A stretch of DNA of 64,000 nt from Dimorphilus gyrociliatus. Its lineage: Eukaryota > Animalia > Annelida. The position numbers were made by a program, and so were the translations under genes. The notes under the pieces were generated by a model, which ran no database searches, was not told where the DNA came from, and saw only the letters and a program-made list of their open reading frames with translations. The stretch is taken from positions 2,714,504-2,778,503 of the forward strand of contig CAJFCJ010000003.1 in assembly GCA_904063045.1 (NCBI GenBank), written 5' to 3'. Every line of letters begins with the position of its first letter. Position 1 is the first letter of the stretch. Below, piece by piece: positions 51,284 to 63,688 of the stretch.

Positions 51284-52982
51284 TTATAGATGGGTTTCAT
51301 CTATTATTACTGGATTATCATACCACAATTGTTGACAAATGAAACCTTTGTTTAATCTTTCTGCAGTAACTAGACTTGGATATTTAATATTCTTTATAGA
51401 TTTTCCAATTATTCTCGGTAATAGAGCCAATACTGTTGATAATAGCACGCAAAACCAATGAACGGAATTTCGGAAACTATAAACTGTCACTCCAACTGGG
51501 TTAGCTGGTGGACTACAAACTACACAAATAGAATTCAGCGATATGTTTGTTAAGATGTAAACAGCAAAACTAAGTAAAACTGAACCAATGAGGGGGAGAT
51601 TCTGTATGAATAGATTGTTATGTAAAAACATTATAAAGAGGACATTAGCTTATAGAGATTACTTACTAAACTCTTTGCTTCTATACAAATATGTAAAAGG
51701 GAAATTATAACCGAACTAGCAAGACAAGTCGCTCCAAATTCCCATTGACCAATATCACTTCCCCTGAAAGCCTGGAGGTGCAAAAAATAATTAAAAACAA
51801 TCATATTTAATTAGCTATATAGAAAACGTACGAAAAAAGGTATAAAGAATTGTACAAGGCTTTGCCAAATAGCATCAAAAATATTAATCCAATAGGAAGA
51901 GAATGGACGATATAACTAATATTTAATAAAAATATTTTTCAAAATTTTCATATAAGACCAAACTGAAGAATAATAATTACTTTACGCTCTGATCCTTGTT
52001 TGTAAAGTTCTGGCTTTTTCATTAATTTATCAGCAGAAATATCTTGATCGAATATTCCAAGAATAATTGGAGGTAAAGAAGTATAAAGCAATTGATAAAA
52101 CATTAAATTTAGATCATCTAAAAAAGTTATAGCTGAAAAACCATTAAAAAATTGAAACCATAGTAGAAGGAAGATAAAGACCTGAATGTAAATTTTAACG
52201 TATATAATTATTTGCATTTAATATCGTTAATGTAAAACTTACAGCATTTTTATACCACATATATAAGGCAACAGTGACTAGACGTTGATAACACCAATGA
52301 CCATGAACTAACAAGAGACGCTTTAAACCTTGAAAATTCGGTAGAGTAAAATCTGACGCCATAGCGGCTGAGTTTCCCTCGCTTTGTTTACTCCCATATA
52401 TTCCTATACCAATAGACGCTTCCCTAATCATAGAAACGTCGTTTGCCCCATCACCAATTGCTAAACATAATCTTTTCTGTGCTTTTTGAAGCTTTTCAAC
52501 AACCTTACTCTTTTGAGAAGGTGTTACTCGGCAACATAATACTGAAGAGCAATTATTTGATATTTTCAAAAAATGTTTTATAGCGTCAGGATGTAAAATA
52601 AATTCTAAGCATTGACTTTCTAAAACTAAAACTCTTGTCATTGACAGATCTTGCCTCAATAATGAAATTGTTTCAACAAGAGATTCTGCTTTCAATATAG
52701 TCACGTAATCATTCTTTTTTATTAGTCCACAACTTTGACCAACATTTATTGCCGTTTCTTGTTTATCACCAGTGAGCATCCATATTTTTAAACCAGCATT
52801 TCTCAGCGATTCTATTGCATCCGGAACTCCTTCTTGTAATCTATCCTCAATGCCAGTAGCACCTAGAAGCACTAGATTCGATTCAATTCGACAAGCTGAT
52901 TCATACAACAGCCTAATAGCAAGAGAAAAAAAGAGAGATATTTTGCTATCATTTTTGGTTTAATGCTAATAAAATAATAATA

Positions 52983-53019
<37 letters not shown>

Positions 53020-55630
53020 GCACTTGTTTTACTTACTTGTCCTGCTCGGATTGACTATTTTCGGCCAATAAATGACCTTGTAACCAGTTTTCATATTCTG
53101 AATCATCAATAATGCGATAAGCCATACATAAAGTTCGTAAACCATAAGTAGCTGAATATAAAGACAAGTGTTGCCTTGTTTTTAGTAAAATTTCTATATC
53201 TAAAAGAAATAATTAAACAAACGTTATTATTCGTTTTCTGAAATTATAAATATTATTCAACATTATCAAAAATAAAAACTGACTATTATCCTCATTCAGA
53301 TTTGTCAGTATAGTAGAATCAGCACCCTTGCAATATAGTATTATTTCGTTTGTAATAGGATGGCGAACGATTATTGACATTCTTTTTCTGGTTGAATCAA
53401 AGTGTAAAACATGTAAAATAGGTATTTGCAGTTTTTCTTCATCATCTATGTTGAACAAGATATTTTAATAGGGAAAAATGCTCTGTCTATATATTCTAGA
53501 GGTGAATACTTACCTCCAAATGTAATGTAAACGTTGTTGAGCTGTCTATCAACTAATTTGCAGTTCTTTTCAAAAGCAGCTTCAACTAAGCATAACTCAT
53601 CGGTACTTTCAGCCTCAAATTTTGATATAATTTCATTGTTTTCCTGTAATTAAAACATTATGACAAAGGATAATGGCGTACGTAATATATATTAAGCTTA
53701 ATTAATAAAGTACGTACATTCTTTTTTCGGCTGACAAACACAGTATTGCAAATTGTTAGTAAAAGAAAAAAGTGACCCATTTGATGGTTTAATGCATTTT
53801 GTTGAGATGTTACATTAATCATTTCTGAAATACTTTGCGATGGTTTATCATGAAGAGTTATTGCTTCTAATTCTATCTGCTTGACAATAAATATGCATTA
53901 TACTTTTGGATTATGCCATATTAGATTAAACTTTTTAATATATCACCTGATCGTTGCTGTCGCTATTGCATTTAACAGAATTCGCTGTTTTCTTATTATC
54001 TAATTTAAATTTGTAGTCTTATTAAAATCGTTAAAAATATAGAGATCCAATGTTGAATTATTGATGAATAGTCTACCTTGTTTGTGAATATAATCGATTC
54101 CTGCAATACTAAATCTCTTAAATACCATTGAATTCTCCGTTAGAGTCCCAGTCTTATCAGTAAAGATATGCTCTACTTGTCCTAAATCTTCGGTTATGTT
54201 TAATGCCCTACAAATGCACCCTCTACCCTCACTATCCTTCAATTCTTTGTCCATTTGAATGAAAATGACTTGAATTATCTTTATAAAATCAATTGTTACG
54301 TAAAGGGATAACGGTATCATAACCTGTTTGACAAATACTATTTAAATAAATCTATTTTTGCAAATAGCAGACACTAGCCTGAAAGAGAATAATATATGTC
54401 CAAAATAGCAATAGTGACCTTTGCTTTGGCGTTTTGTCATCATCAAAAGCTATAAAGGGTACATCTGATGTGTTCCTATAAGATTCAAGCCAAAGTCCAT
54501 TACCTAGTAAGATAACCGAAATTAGTAAAAGACTCTTACAAATATAGTGACTACCTAAAGAACATCCAAAGCACATTAAAAATAGTAAAACACAGCACCA
54601 GAGAACATCATAGTTTATGCGAATTTCTAAAGCGCTTCTCTTGTATCTAGAAAGGTTTGTAAAAACCTATTTAATCAAGATAACTTTACTAATTGTGAGA
54701 AAAATACAACCTTGGACCTTGAGCATTGAGCATCATTTTTGTCTCGTGACCAGTGTAAACAACTATTCCATCAACGTAGTTAACATTTCTTACTGTAGAA
54801 CCCCTAAGAAGAAGATTATCCTTCGATATTCTTACTTTTATATCAGGGTTCTTTAATTCTGTAAAATATTCTCTGTAGAGGTAATAAGAAAGTTATTTGT
54901 ATATAATCCTATTATACGAAAATATTATATACATTGTTCCTCTGAAGGAATGTAAATCTTTATTTGGTCTATCGCAAGCAATTTTAGCTTTAAACTTTGA
55001 CCATTCACAATTGCTAACTTCTTTACAAACAAATCGCTGTTTTAAATTAAATTCGCCGTCTAAAGAAGCAGTATCGACGTAAGATACACCTTGAGCATCT
55101 GAAGATTTAACGAGTAAAATATCTGCAGGAATTGATTCATTCTCTTCAACTCGAATTATATCACCAACTTTAATATTTTTCCATTTGTCATCACAAAATT
55201 TCGCTAATAATCTAAAATTTAGACAAATTAATAAATGAATATTGTAAAGAGTATGGAAATTTTACTGATCGTAAATTTGACATCTTCTGTTATTGACTTT
55301 CTTGTCATTCTTATATCTCTTATAGTCCTCATAACCGTCTTTCAGAGCAGTGACACTTAGAACAAACAAAAGAGGTAACATGGCAATTTCTTTTCCAAAG
55401 GCATTAATCTGTGGTATCCAATTTAAAATGACTATTGTAAGGAAGTAAATGTTAGCAAATCTTTTAAATTGCTCGAATAGATTCTTTGGTAAAAATGTCA
55501 ATATAGAATATTTTGTTGTTTTTATTTTATTCGATTTTCTTAAATTTTGACTTTTTCCGTCGTTTATAGTAACTATATGATTCGAGTTTTGTTGACATTT
55601 TCCGTTGATAGTACAACATTTATTTCCCAT
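51284..55630 (-). CDS. ATP10: P4-type ATPase phospholipid flippase, class V (ATP10A/B/D-like)
   Basis: [22 protein letters not shown]; [23 protein letters not shown]; ILFQ|[10 protein letters not shown]; [12 protein letters not shown] (phosphorylation site); FDSTRKRMS; [15 protein letters not shown]; WMLTGDK; [11 protein letters not shown]; [11 protein letters not shown]. Start taken as MGNKCC at 55630. Confidence 0.92.
52971..53019. repeat. (TAA)n microsatellite inside an ATP10-like intron
   Basis: Direct read. Confidence 0.93.
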
Positions 55631-56174
55631 CGGCCACGACAAGAAAGAATAAGTTGAAAAATAATCCTAGAAGAATAGTATTTGATCTTAATCCAATAGA
55701 TGTCGCCGGATCCTATATTTATAAACTGGTACTTGTATCTTTCGCATGTTGTTTTAATTATCAATTTTTATATTGACGAACAGGCAACCATATTACTTTG
55801 TTAGCCTTTGACTAAAGCATTCACCTAGTAAACAAGAAAACATCTAACTACAAAGTAACACTCTTGTTTCAATGATAAATTTTATTTACGTTCTAAAAAA
55901 ACTTTCAATATAAGAATCTATAAACATTTAATTACTTATGTTTACACTTGTACAAACAAGCAAACAAACAAAATAAGTGACTGATCTTTGACTTGTGCAA
56001 CCTTAGTAAAATATACCATAATATAATTAGCAAGAACAAACATAGTAATGTATATTTGTATAAAAATCATTATATCTCTGGATTATACAACCATAGAAAA
56101 AGTAATGAGTCAGTTAATCAAATTACATTACGTGGTCTACGCTCTAAAGGATTGTTTACAGCGTAATGCAATTA

Positions 56175-57969
56175 TCAATTAACTCTACCTTGATAGTGTT
56201 CTAATGCTTCTATAAAAGTCTTTTTCCTCTCTTCGGATTGGAATGGTGTTTTGGACATAGCCACGTTTACATCAATTCTTTCGTATTTCCTCCTATCAAT
56301 TCTCTTAAAAAATATTGACTCTTTCAATTCGCTTTCCATTAAGATATTAAGTTTTTGCCTTTTTGGTAAACGTAGAGAATTAACATTCTGCTTAAATGGA
56401 GCTTTAATACTTTTTCTTGCTACGACAATTGTCAAGTGTTCTAATGATTTTACTGCAGTTTTTAATTCTAAATATTGATAGAATTCTTCAGGAAATTTAA
56501 CAGAACTATCCGAAATATACCAAAGAAGGGATGCTATCCAACGACTAAAGGCAGAAAACTGTTTTTAGCTTTATATTTTTAATTATATTTTAATCTACTG
56601 ACCTAGATTTGAGAGTGCCATCCAATTCCCATGGAAAATTTTTCGTATAAGTAAAGCCATATTCCATAAAGATTGTTAAAACTTGAGCAATGATGTCGGA
56701 AAGAGATGGTGTAAACCCAAATAGAACAACTAATGTTGATAATTGCATACACAATTTGCACAGTTTCATTCCTGCCTCCTGAATAGATAAACCATATGCG
56801 TCTCTACAACGTATAATAGCCAAAAAAGTTGAAATATAATAAGTTCTAGATAGGCAGTCTTCATAAGTAACTTCTAAATTCTTTAACCATTGATCATAAA
56901 CGCAATCTATAGTTTTTCTTTTTGAAAAATACTTAAAGAGACAGGGAACTTTATAGAGATTCCTTAAATCTAGAGAAATAGGAGATTTATATCTGAGGCC
57001 ATTAGACTGCTCATTTCCTGAGAGGAAGGTATCTATCAGTGGTAAAATACCAGGTAACTTTTCACAGATATACTCAATAATTTCTATGGGTTTTTCTATC
57101 AATACACACCAATGCACAGGTTCATTAAAAATTTCTACCAAATCCGGAAAACGATTAATCAAATGCATAAACATTGATACGTTTCCAGCCTTGTAGCTTG
57201 ATTTAAGTAATATATCTTCTCTGAACTCTTCTTTCAAGTTTCCATCACATAATTCTAAAGCTTTGTTAAATACTTCGAATGTTAATCCACTTTCCACCAT
57301 AATAACTAAGAGTCTAATACGATATTGCGGATTCTGATTTAGAATCTCTTCAAAATTATGCAAGAGAAAGTTAAATGTTTCGAATCGGTCTTCTCTATCC
57401 ACTGTCAAAATATTGGCAAGACTTTGAACTAACAATGGTATTTTACTATAATTTCTTAAACACAGCAGGCATCTATAATCGTTCACCTTTCGCTCAAATG
57501 ATACGTAGACGGAAATTGGAGTAAAAAATTTTCCTAACCAATAATCTTTATCCAAGAAGAGATATAGCTTGCACAAAAGTTTAATACATTTATGATAGCC
57601 CTTATCTAGTAGTTTCTTTAGTAAAGGTATCATAATTTCTTCGTGAAAATATTTTGAACATTCAAATCTATTGTAGGGCGCCAAAACATCGGGAAATTGC
57701 AATCTGTCTAGGTTACTCTCGGTCGGGAATCCGCATCTCTTACTGGGTTTAATATTCAAGAGATCTTGACCCAAATTTTTCATAGTTTTGCTTTTCTTAT
57801 TAAATGTAAATAATACTTCTTTTAAATAGTTACCATTCTTATACTTTTCGTCCAAGAGAGCAACAAACAAACCATTTTTTGGGTCGAGGACATCCCAAAG
57901 AGGTAGTCCATCAATAATTTTCAATAATGCAGAGTAACAAGAATCCGATAAAGTCAGTATCCTATCCAT
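56175..57969 (-). CDS. Uncharacterised SOCS-box protein, paralog 1 (~578 aa, 2 exons)
   Basis: The 459-aa ORF joins the 86-aa ORF through a 58-nt intron 56602-56545 (AG|gtcagt..ttttctgcctttag). The joined length is 1737 nt, in frame. SOCS-box-like segment VKSLEHLTIVVARKSI..NVNSLRLPKRQKLNIL. Confidence 0.72.
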
Positions 57970-58136
57970 AACTCAGTATGCAAACTCGCCTTTTTGCATA
58001 AAACAAGTAAACAAATTCGACAACTAATATAATGCTAAGTCTTCTCTTTCTTATATGTTTACAACTCCGCCTGTCACGCAATTCTGGCACTTTGACACGT
58101 TTCCTCAAACTTTTAAAGTTTCTTTTATCTTAGATC

Positions 58137-58148
58137 AGTCACGTGACT
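58137..58148. promoter_or_regulatory. Palindromic E-box (CLEAR/USF-type) upstream of SOCS-box paralog 1
   Basis: AGTCACGTGACT is a perfect 12-bp palindrome about 170 bp upstream of the ATG at 57969. Confidence 0.45.
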
Positions 58149-58893
58149 TGTCAATACTGTCAAAAATAGATGGTAATTAAAGTAGGCAATACAAAAATAA
58201 AACTTGAAGACAAGAGCATCAAATGTTAAATTTTAAGAAATATTTACATATAGATTTTAGTCAATTAAAATTATAGTGTGAATTTTATACTATAAATACA
58301 GTACAGATATATTGAACATAACAGATGTTAAAGCTTACGATTATAGGGAAATTGTAACCATTAATAAATAAAAAAAAATACTGTTTATATTACATAATAT
58401 ACGGCTAAATATAAAATATGAACATTTGTTTTGTTTTTGTTTTATTTAAAAAAAAAGGGAATAATTTATGATTATTATTTCATCTTCTATTCATTTGTAT
58501 AAAATTAAAAAACCAGATATATTAATTATTATTCTACTTTCTAAGCAATTCTATTATACGTTTTAATTCTATTTTTGTTAATTTGTAATATTCTCATTCA
58601 TACTCAGAGTACAATAGTTAGATGATGAGTTTGATTTGTTTGCTAATTAAATAATGTCAATTAGGAGTAGACACACTCCCCCCCCCCCTAAGAATTAAAC
58701 TAGAAAAACAAATTGAGAAAAGAAGAACTTTGTGTTTATTTGTCAGAGAGGAGCATTAATAGTTCAGTTTGTATAAGCATGTAAAAACTGTTTTTATAAG
58801 AATATAAGAAAGAAATTTAACATGGTCAGACAAATGAGTTAATGCAAAACAATAATACTTTTCCTAACATTCATAAATGAACGCTATACTGAA

Positions 58894-58926
<33 letters not shown>

Positions 58927-59199
58927 ATATAGAAATTTTATCTTTTTGTTTTGTTTTAACAGATGTATATAACAGATGTGTTCAAAAAAGTTTTCGTCTC
59001 ACAATATTCTCTGTAATAAGTGTTTGTTACTTTTTCAATTTACAGTCTATACTTATTTGATTTGCGAACGGATAGTTTTAATAGATTTTTCATATAAAGA
59101 ATGGAAAAAAAGCACATATTTTTAGTGAGATATACATCTCTTTGATTTAATTTTAGTAACTCTAAGCTATATAAATAGTCGGCGACGATGAAGGTTGAC

Positions 59200-60972
59200 T
59201 TATAGATAAGGAGTTCCGTCGGACTGATGCATACACTTGTCGGCGCAAGTCGTATAGTGTTTGGCATCAAATATCGCATTGGATGTTTGATAGCATAAAG
59301 TTACATCATCTAAGTAGACACTTTCGAATTCTTTCAAATCGAATCTTTTGTATAGATTAGCCTTGTTCAATTCATCTGTCAAAAGGATTCCTTGTTTTAG
59401 AGTTAAAGGTATTGGTAAAGTGTCTACATTTTTCTTGAAAGGTGGAAGCATATGGTTTCTTATAACAATTGTACTTAGTTGCTGCAGAGGTCTCATACGA
59501 TTATAGGACAATTCCGGGTCAATATAACCACAAACCATGCGGAGAAGGATTAGTACGTGGTATCCATCAACAAAAATAGGTGAATCTGTAGTAATGCCTC
59601 TGTTTTTTCTAAGCAATCTCTCTATTGTTCCATTAGACGATATTCCAAAGATGATGGGCGGCAAAAGACCATTATAATTATAGCCATACTCAATTAAAAT
59701 GGGAAGAATTCTTAAAGCCAAATTTCTACATAGCCTAAATTTATGATGATCGTTGAAAGTGGTACAAACTTGACGCAGGAACCAATAACAAAATAAGTCG
59801 GCTGGCTTCCTAATTGGCAAACCATATAGATCCATTGTTTTTATAATATTATAGAAAGTGTAAAAGTAGCATTTACTTTCCATGTTATTTTCGAATTGGT
59901 GTTCTAAATTTTTTTGCCAAATATTAAATAATCTATAGAGAGTATTTCTTTTTGAGAAATAATCAACAAAAAGCTTAACTTTTAATAGATTTTGCATATC
60001 TTTAGTTAATATAGACGTCGATCGGATATAATGTGACGTTTTCCCTGATAAATATTTATCTACCCATACAAGCATATCCGGTATCTTATTTATAAGATAA
60101 TTAATGATTTCTTGTGGTTTTTCGATAAGCCATTCCCAGAAATTAGAATCTTTAAACATGCTTATTAGATCAGGCTTAATGGAGATAAGATAAAGAAAAA
60201 TCTTTGCATTTCCATTAACATAGCTAGATATGATAAGGTGACGAACTATTGAATGTCTCTTAGCTTCATCTTTAGGAAAATTGACTACGCTTAGAAAGTC
60301 TTCAAGTTGAATTCCGTGTTGAGTGCAGGCCTTTAGAACAGTCAATGGTGGACCTTCTCCTTCTTGCGGTGGTCTATAAAATCTAACTAATAGAAATTTG
60401 AAAATTTCAAATCTTTTCTCATCTTTTAATCTTAACAGGACACCAAACATTCTGTTTAATATAGAGCTTTTACTTATCGAGCAGTTTGATCTCAAAATAT
60501 GATCAAAGACATATACTCTCTTTTTAATTAAGGAGTATACTAGTGTAGAAACAATCATCTTTGATCTCCATTGATATTTATTGTTGAGCTGAAGCTTTAA
60601 TAGGAATTTGTTAATTGAGTTTGGCCAATTTCTATCAACCAAACCACGGATAATTGGCCACCATATAGAATTCCTAAAGAAATTCAAGCATCTAAACTTA
60701 TTCTTTGGAAAAGTTTTAATTTTATGAAAGTGTAAACGCTCCTCTTCATTACCAAGTATATCTCCATAACATGCCATTAAAAATGCTGGTTTGCCAGAAG
60801 TATCCATTCTGTCCAAAACCAAATCAAAGTATTTTGACGTTTTGTACTTCTCACTCAAAAAGTGCACCAGAAGTCCATTTGACGGCTCTATAGCAAGCCA
60901 GAAGTCAATCTGATGTATAGTTTTGAAAAAACGGTCCGTTGATTGCTGTATAAGTGACATCGGGCATGTCAT
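59200..60972 (-). CDS. Uncharacterised SOCS-box protein, paralog 2 (590 aa, single exon)
   Basis: Single ORF, colinear with paralog 1 (e.g. PSNGLLVHFLSEKYK vs PKNGLFVALLDEKYK; WLIEKPQEII vs VLIEKPIEII). SOCS-box-like segment MRPLQQLSTIVIRNHM..NVDTLPIPLTLKQGIL. Confidence 0.78.
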   Translation of the reverse strand: MTCPMSLIQQSTDRFFKTIHQIDFWLAIEPSNGLLVHFLSEKYKTSKYFDLVLDRMDTSGKPAFLMACYGDILGNEEERLHFHKIKTFPKNKFRCLNFFRNSIWWPIIRGLVDRNWPNSINKFLLKLQLNNKYQWRSKMIVSTLVYSLIKKRVYVFDHILRSNCSISKSSILNRMFGVLLRLKDEKRFEIFKFLLVRFYRPPQEGEGPPLTVLKACTQHGIQLEDFLSVVNFPKDEAKRHSIVRHLIISSYVNGNAKIFLYLISIKPDLISMFKDSNFWEWLIEKPQEIINYLINKIPDMLVWVDKYLSGKTSHYIRSTSILTKDMQNLLKVKLFVDYFSKRNTLYRLFNIWQKNLEHQFENNMESKCYFYTFYNIIKTMDLYGLPIRKPADLFCYWFLRQVCTTFNDHHKFRLCRNLALRILPILIEYGYNYNGLLPPIIFGISSNGTIERLLRKNRGITTDSPIFVDGYHVLILLRMVCGYIDPELSYNRMRPLQQLSTIVIRNHMLPPFKKNVDTLPIPLTLKQGILLTDELNKANLYKRFDLKEFESVYLDDVTLCYQTSNAIFDAKHYTTCADKCMHQSDGTPYL

Positions 60973-61272
60973 TTCGCGTTTTCAACCGCTAATAATTTAG
61001 TTTAAAAGTGAAAACTGGTATAGGCAACGGTTAGGGGAGCATGGAACGAATATATCTAATAGTATAGCACCCTTTATTATTATTAAAAATTTCAATATTT
61101 GATTAGAGATATGGCTTTTTTATTTATTTCTCTATTATTTTCTTTATTAATTATAAAAATAATATGGACAAAAAAAACAATTTTTACTAAAAGAAAACAA
61201 TAAAGTGTTAATCTCCACCCCCGTTGTTTCAAAAATATTACTATCTCCCACTAATAGAGTAGTTATCTACTA

Positions 61273-61284
61273 TTTCCCGCCAAA
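61273..61284. promoter_or_regulatory. E2F-type site upstream of SOCS-box paralog 2
   Basis: TTTCCCGCCAAA about 300 bp upstream of the ATG at 60972; TTTCGCG also lies next to that ATG. Confidence 0.4.
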
Positions 61285-61327
61285 ATGTTTAATAAACAAT
61301 AGAAAGGGTCATAACGAGTTTTCTCTT

Positions 61328-61381
<54 letters not shown>

Positions 61382-63133
61382 TCTATAAATAAACGATTGT
61401 TTACAAAAATCGAAAATATATAAGAACGTTACATAATGAGCTATTGTTTATTTCTTTCCATAAAATAACATATATTTATTATATATAGATAGAAAGTGTA
61501 AAAGTGCCAAAATTATAACTAGAAATGTAACATATTTGAATCTAATTAACATATTTTGTAATAAATGTAACTGATAAACAAAGTATAAACACCAAAAGAA
61601 AAATAGCTTGATAATCTAATTGTTACGTTATGTATAAAATACATTCTTCCATTTAATCAGTTTTGTTTATTTTTCGTCCTAATTTTCAGACAGAACTCAT
61701 ATTTGAATAGTTGTAATATTTTAGCCTATTATTTTAGATGATAAACATTGTAAAAGAATCAGAAAGTATCTTTTTTTAGTACACAATTTTTTTATCATTT
61801 AAAAAGAAATCATTAGTTGAAAATTGATTAATTCTTTTCTAAATAGTTATTTTCCGTTGAAATTCATCGATTTTCTTAAAAAGAATCTGCTAAAAATTTA
61901 AAATGCGTTATTTAATATTTGTTTTTATATTGGGAAACTCTAAAAGATTTATATATTGATATCGTTGATTGGACGTATTACAAGTTTTGTAATAAACGCG
62001 TTGATTGGTTGTTGAGTTGATGAAATATGTAAAGTCTACACTCATACATAGTAATAAGGTACTCGCCACGGATGCGATAAACTGACTTCCTTTTTATATG
62101 CTGATAAGATTGATTGTGTTATTAATAATAATTTGTCGGTTTTACATCGGTGAAATAATTGATTTATATCAGAACTTTTCAACCTTCATTGTTTAAAGGT
62201 AACTATTTCGATTTTATAAAAGATCGGTAAGAAAACGATAAAGGAAACAGTTGTTAACGTATAAGATCACTTGTGGACTTATATTATCGCCCACATATTT
62301 CTTAATTATTTATTGTAAATAAATTATTATTATATTAAATATTTAACGCATCTTATTAAATAACAGGAACGTATTTTGATTTTTAAACAGATATAATGAG
62401 GGGTGATTATTTCATACAAGTTAGAATTAAGTTTTCCTTTTTTATAATTATTTCAAAAGTTCTTTCCTAGCTTTTTATTATAGAATAGTACATAATTCAA
62501 TATAAACTTAATCTTCTCATGATTATTCACCTCATTAAATAGTTTGAAGTCATAATTTTCTAATTTATACAAATATATAAAGAATACATTTGTAAACAAA
62601 CGCTGTTACAATATAATTTTCTCTATTCTCTCGCTGAATTTTCCATTAATTTTTTACAATTAATTGAAGAAATGACCTTGTAAGCGTCACTCTTCAATAT
62701 AATAGGCTTATAATACTTCCTTCATGTACTATTAATAGAAAATATTGGCAAGCGAGTTTTGTATGAAAGAACTGAAAAGAGTGAATAAAGAAAATCTATA
62801 TGGTCGACTAGTTTCTTTATTCAGTCACTCCTCCCCTATTTTTTTTTTTGACATATTGATAAAAAAAAAGAGAAAGCAAAAACCACCATGATTTTGGAAT
62901 TAAAATTGTAACTCTTTCCAATATGTTTCTATCCATATTTAAATATTAAGCTGTCTTCACCCAGCCATTAAACCGATTTAGATGCTTCTCTTTAAAAAAA
63001 CAGAATCATAAAGCTATGTTTTCTTTATTAACATTTCTTCATTACTAATATAATATATTCGAACTGTCTATGTTTACATATTTATCTCTTTTTTTTTTAA
63101 AAAAAAAGAATTATATCCGCTAACGTTAAACAG

Positions 63134-63537
63134 ATGGCAAGCATGAGCGGAACTAACGACGCAGCTGATCAGAATTTTGATTATATGTTTAAATTGCTAA
63201 TTATTGGCAATTCTAGCGTTGGAAAGACGTCATTTCTATTTAGATATGCTGATGATAAATTTACACAAGCATTTGTCTCAACTGTTGGAATTGACTTTAA
63301 AGTTAAAACGATATTTAGGCAAGATAAAAGAGTAAAATTGCAGATATGGGATACTGCTGGACAAGAAAGGTTAACTAGACATTACAGCTTCTATTTTAAG
63401 AATTTTATTACAGTAGAAATTTTTTATTACTTAAACAGATATAGAACAATTACAACAGCATATTATAGAGGTGCTATGGGCTTTCTCTTAATGTATGACG
63501 TCACAAACGAGGAAAGTTTCAATGCTGTCCAAGACTG
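63134..63537 (+). CDS. RAB3: Ras-related small GTPase Rab3 (5' part; the gene continues beyond the window)
   Basis: [52 protein letters not shown]|[26 protein letters not shown]|. Introns start at 63370 and 63538. Confidence 0.96.
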
Positions 63538-63651
63538 GTACGTTTTTAACACTTAATCATTTTCAATAGATAAATATTTTTTATTGAGTACAAAATATAG
63601 TCTGGCATTTATACATGTTCAACATTAAAAATATGCTGTATATATATACAG

Positions 63652-63688
<37 letters not shown>

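Noticed and set aside
35557-56478. Antisense or alternative-frame ORFs over real genes (e.g. 35557-35754, 39814-40122, 47759-48043, 49796-49996, 52772-52963, 54617-55082, 56251-56478)
   Set aside because: Shadow ORFs of genuine coding exons, with no independent motifs.
59040-59279. 79-aa ORF overlapping the end of SOCS-box paralog 2
   Set aside because: Different frame, starts inside the upstream CDS, no motif. Probably 3' UTR noise.
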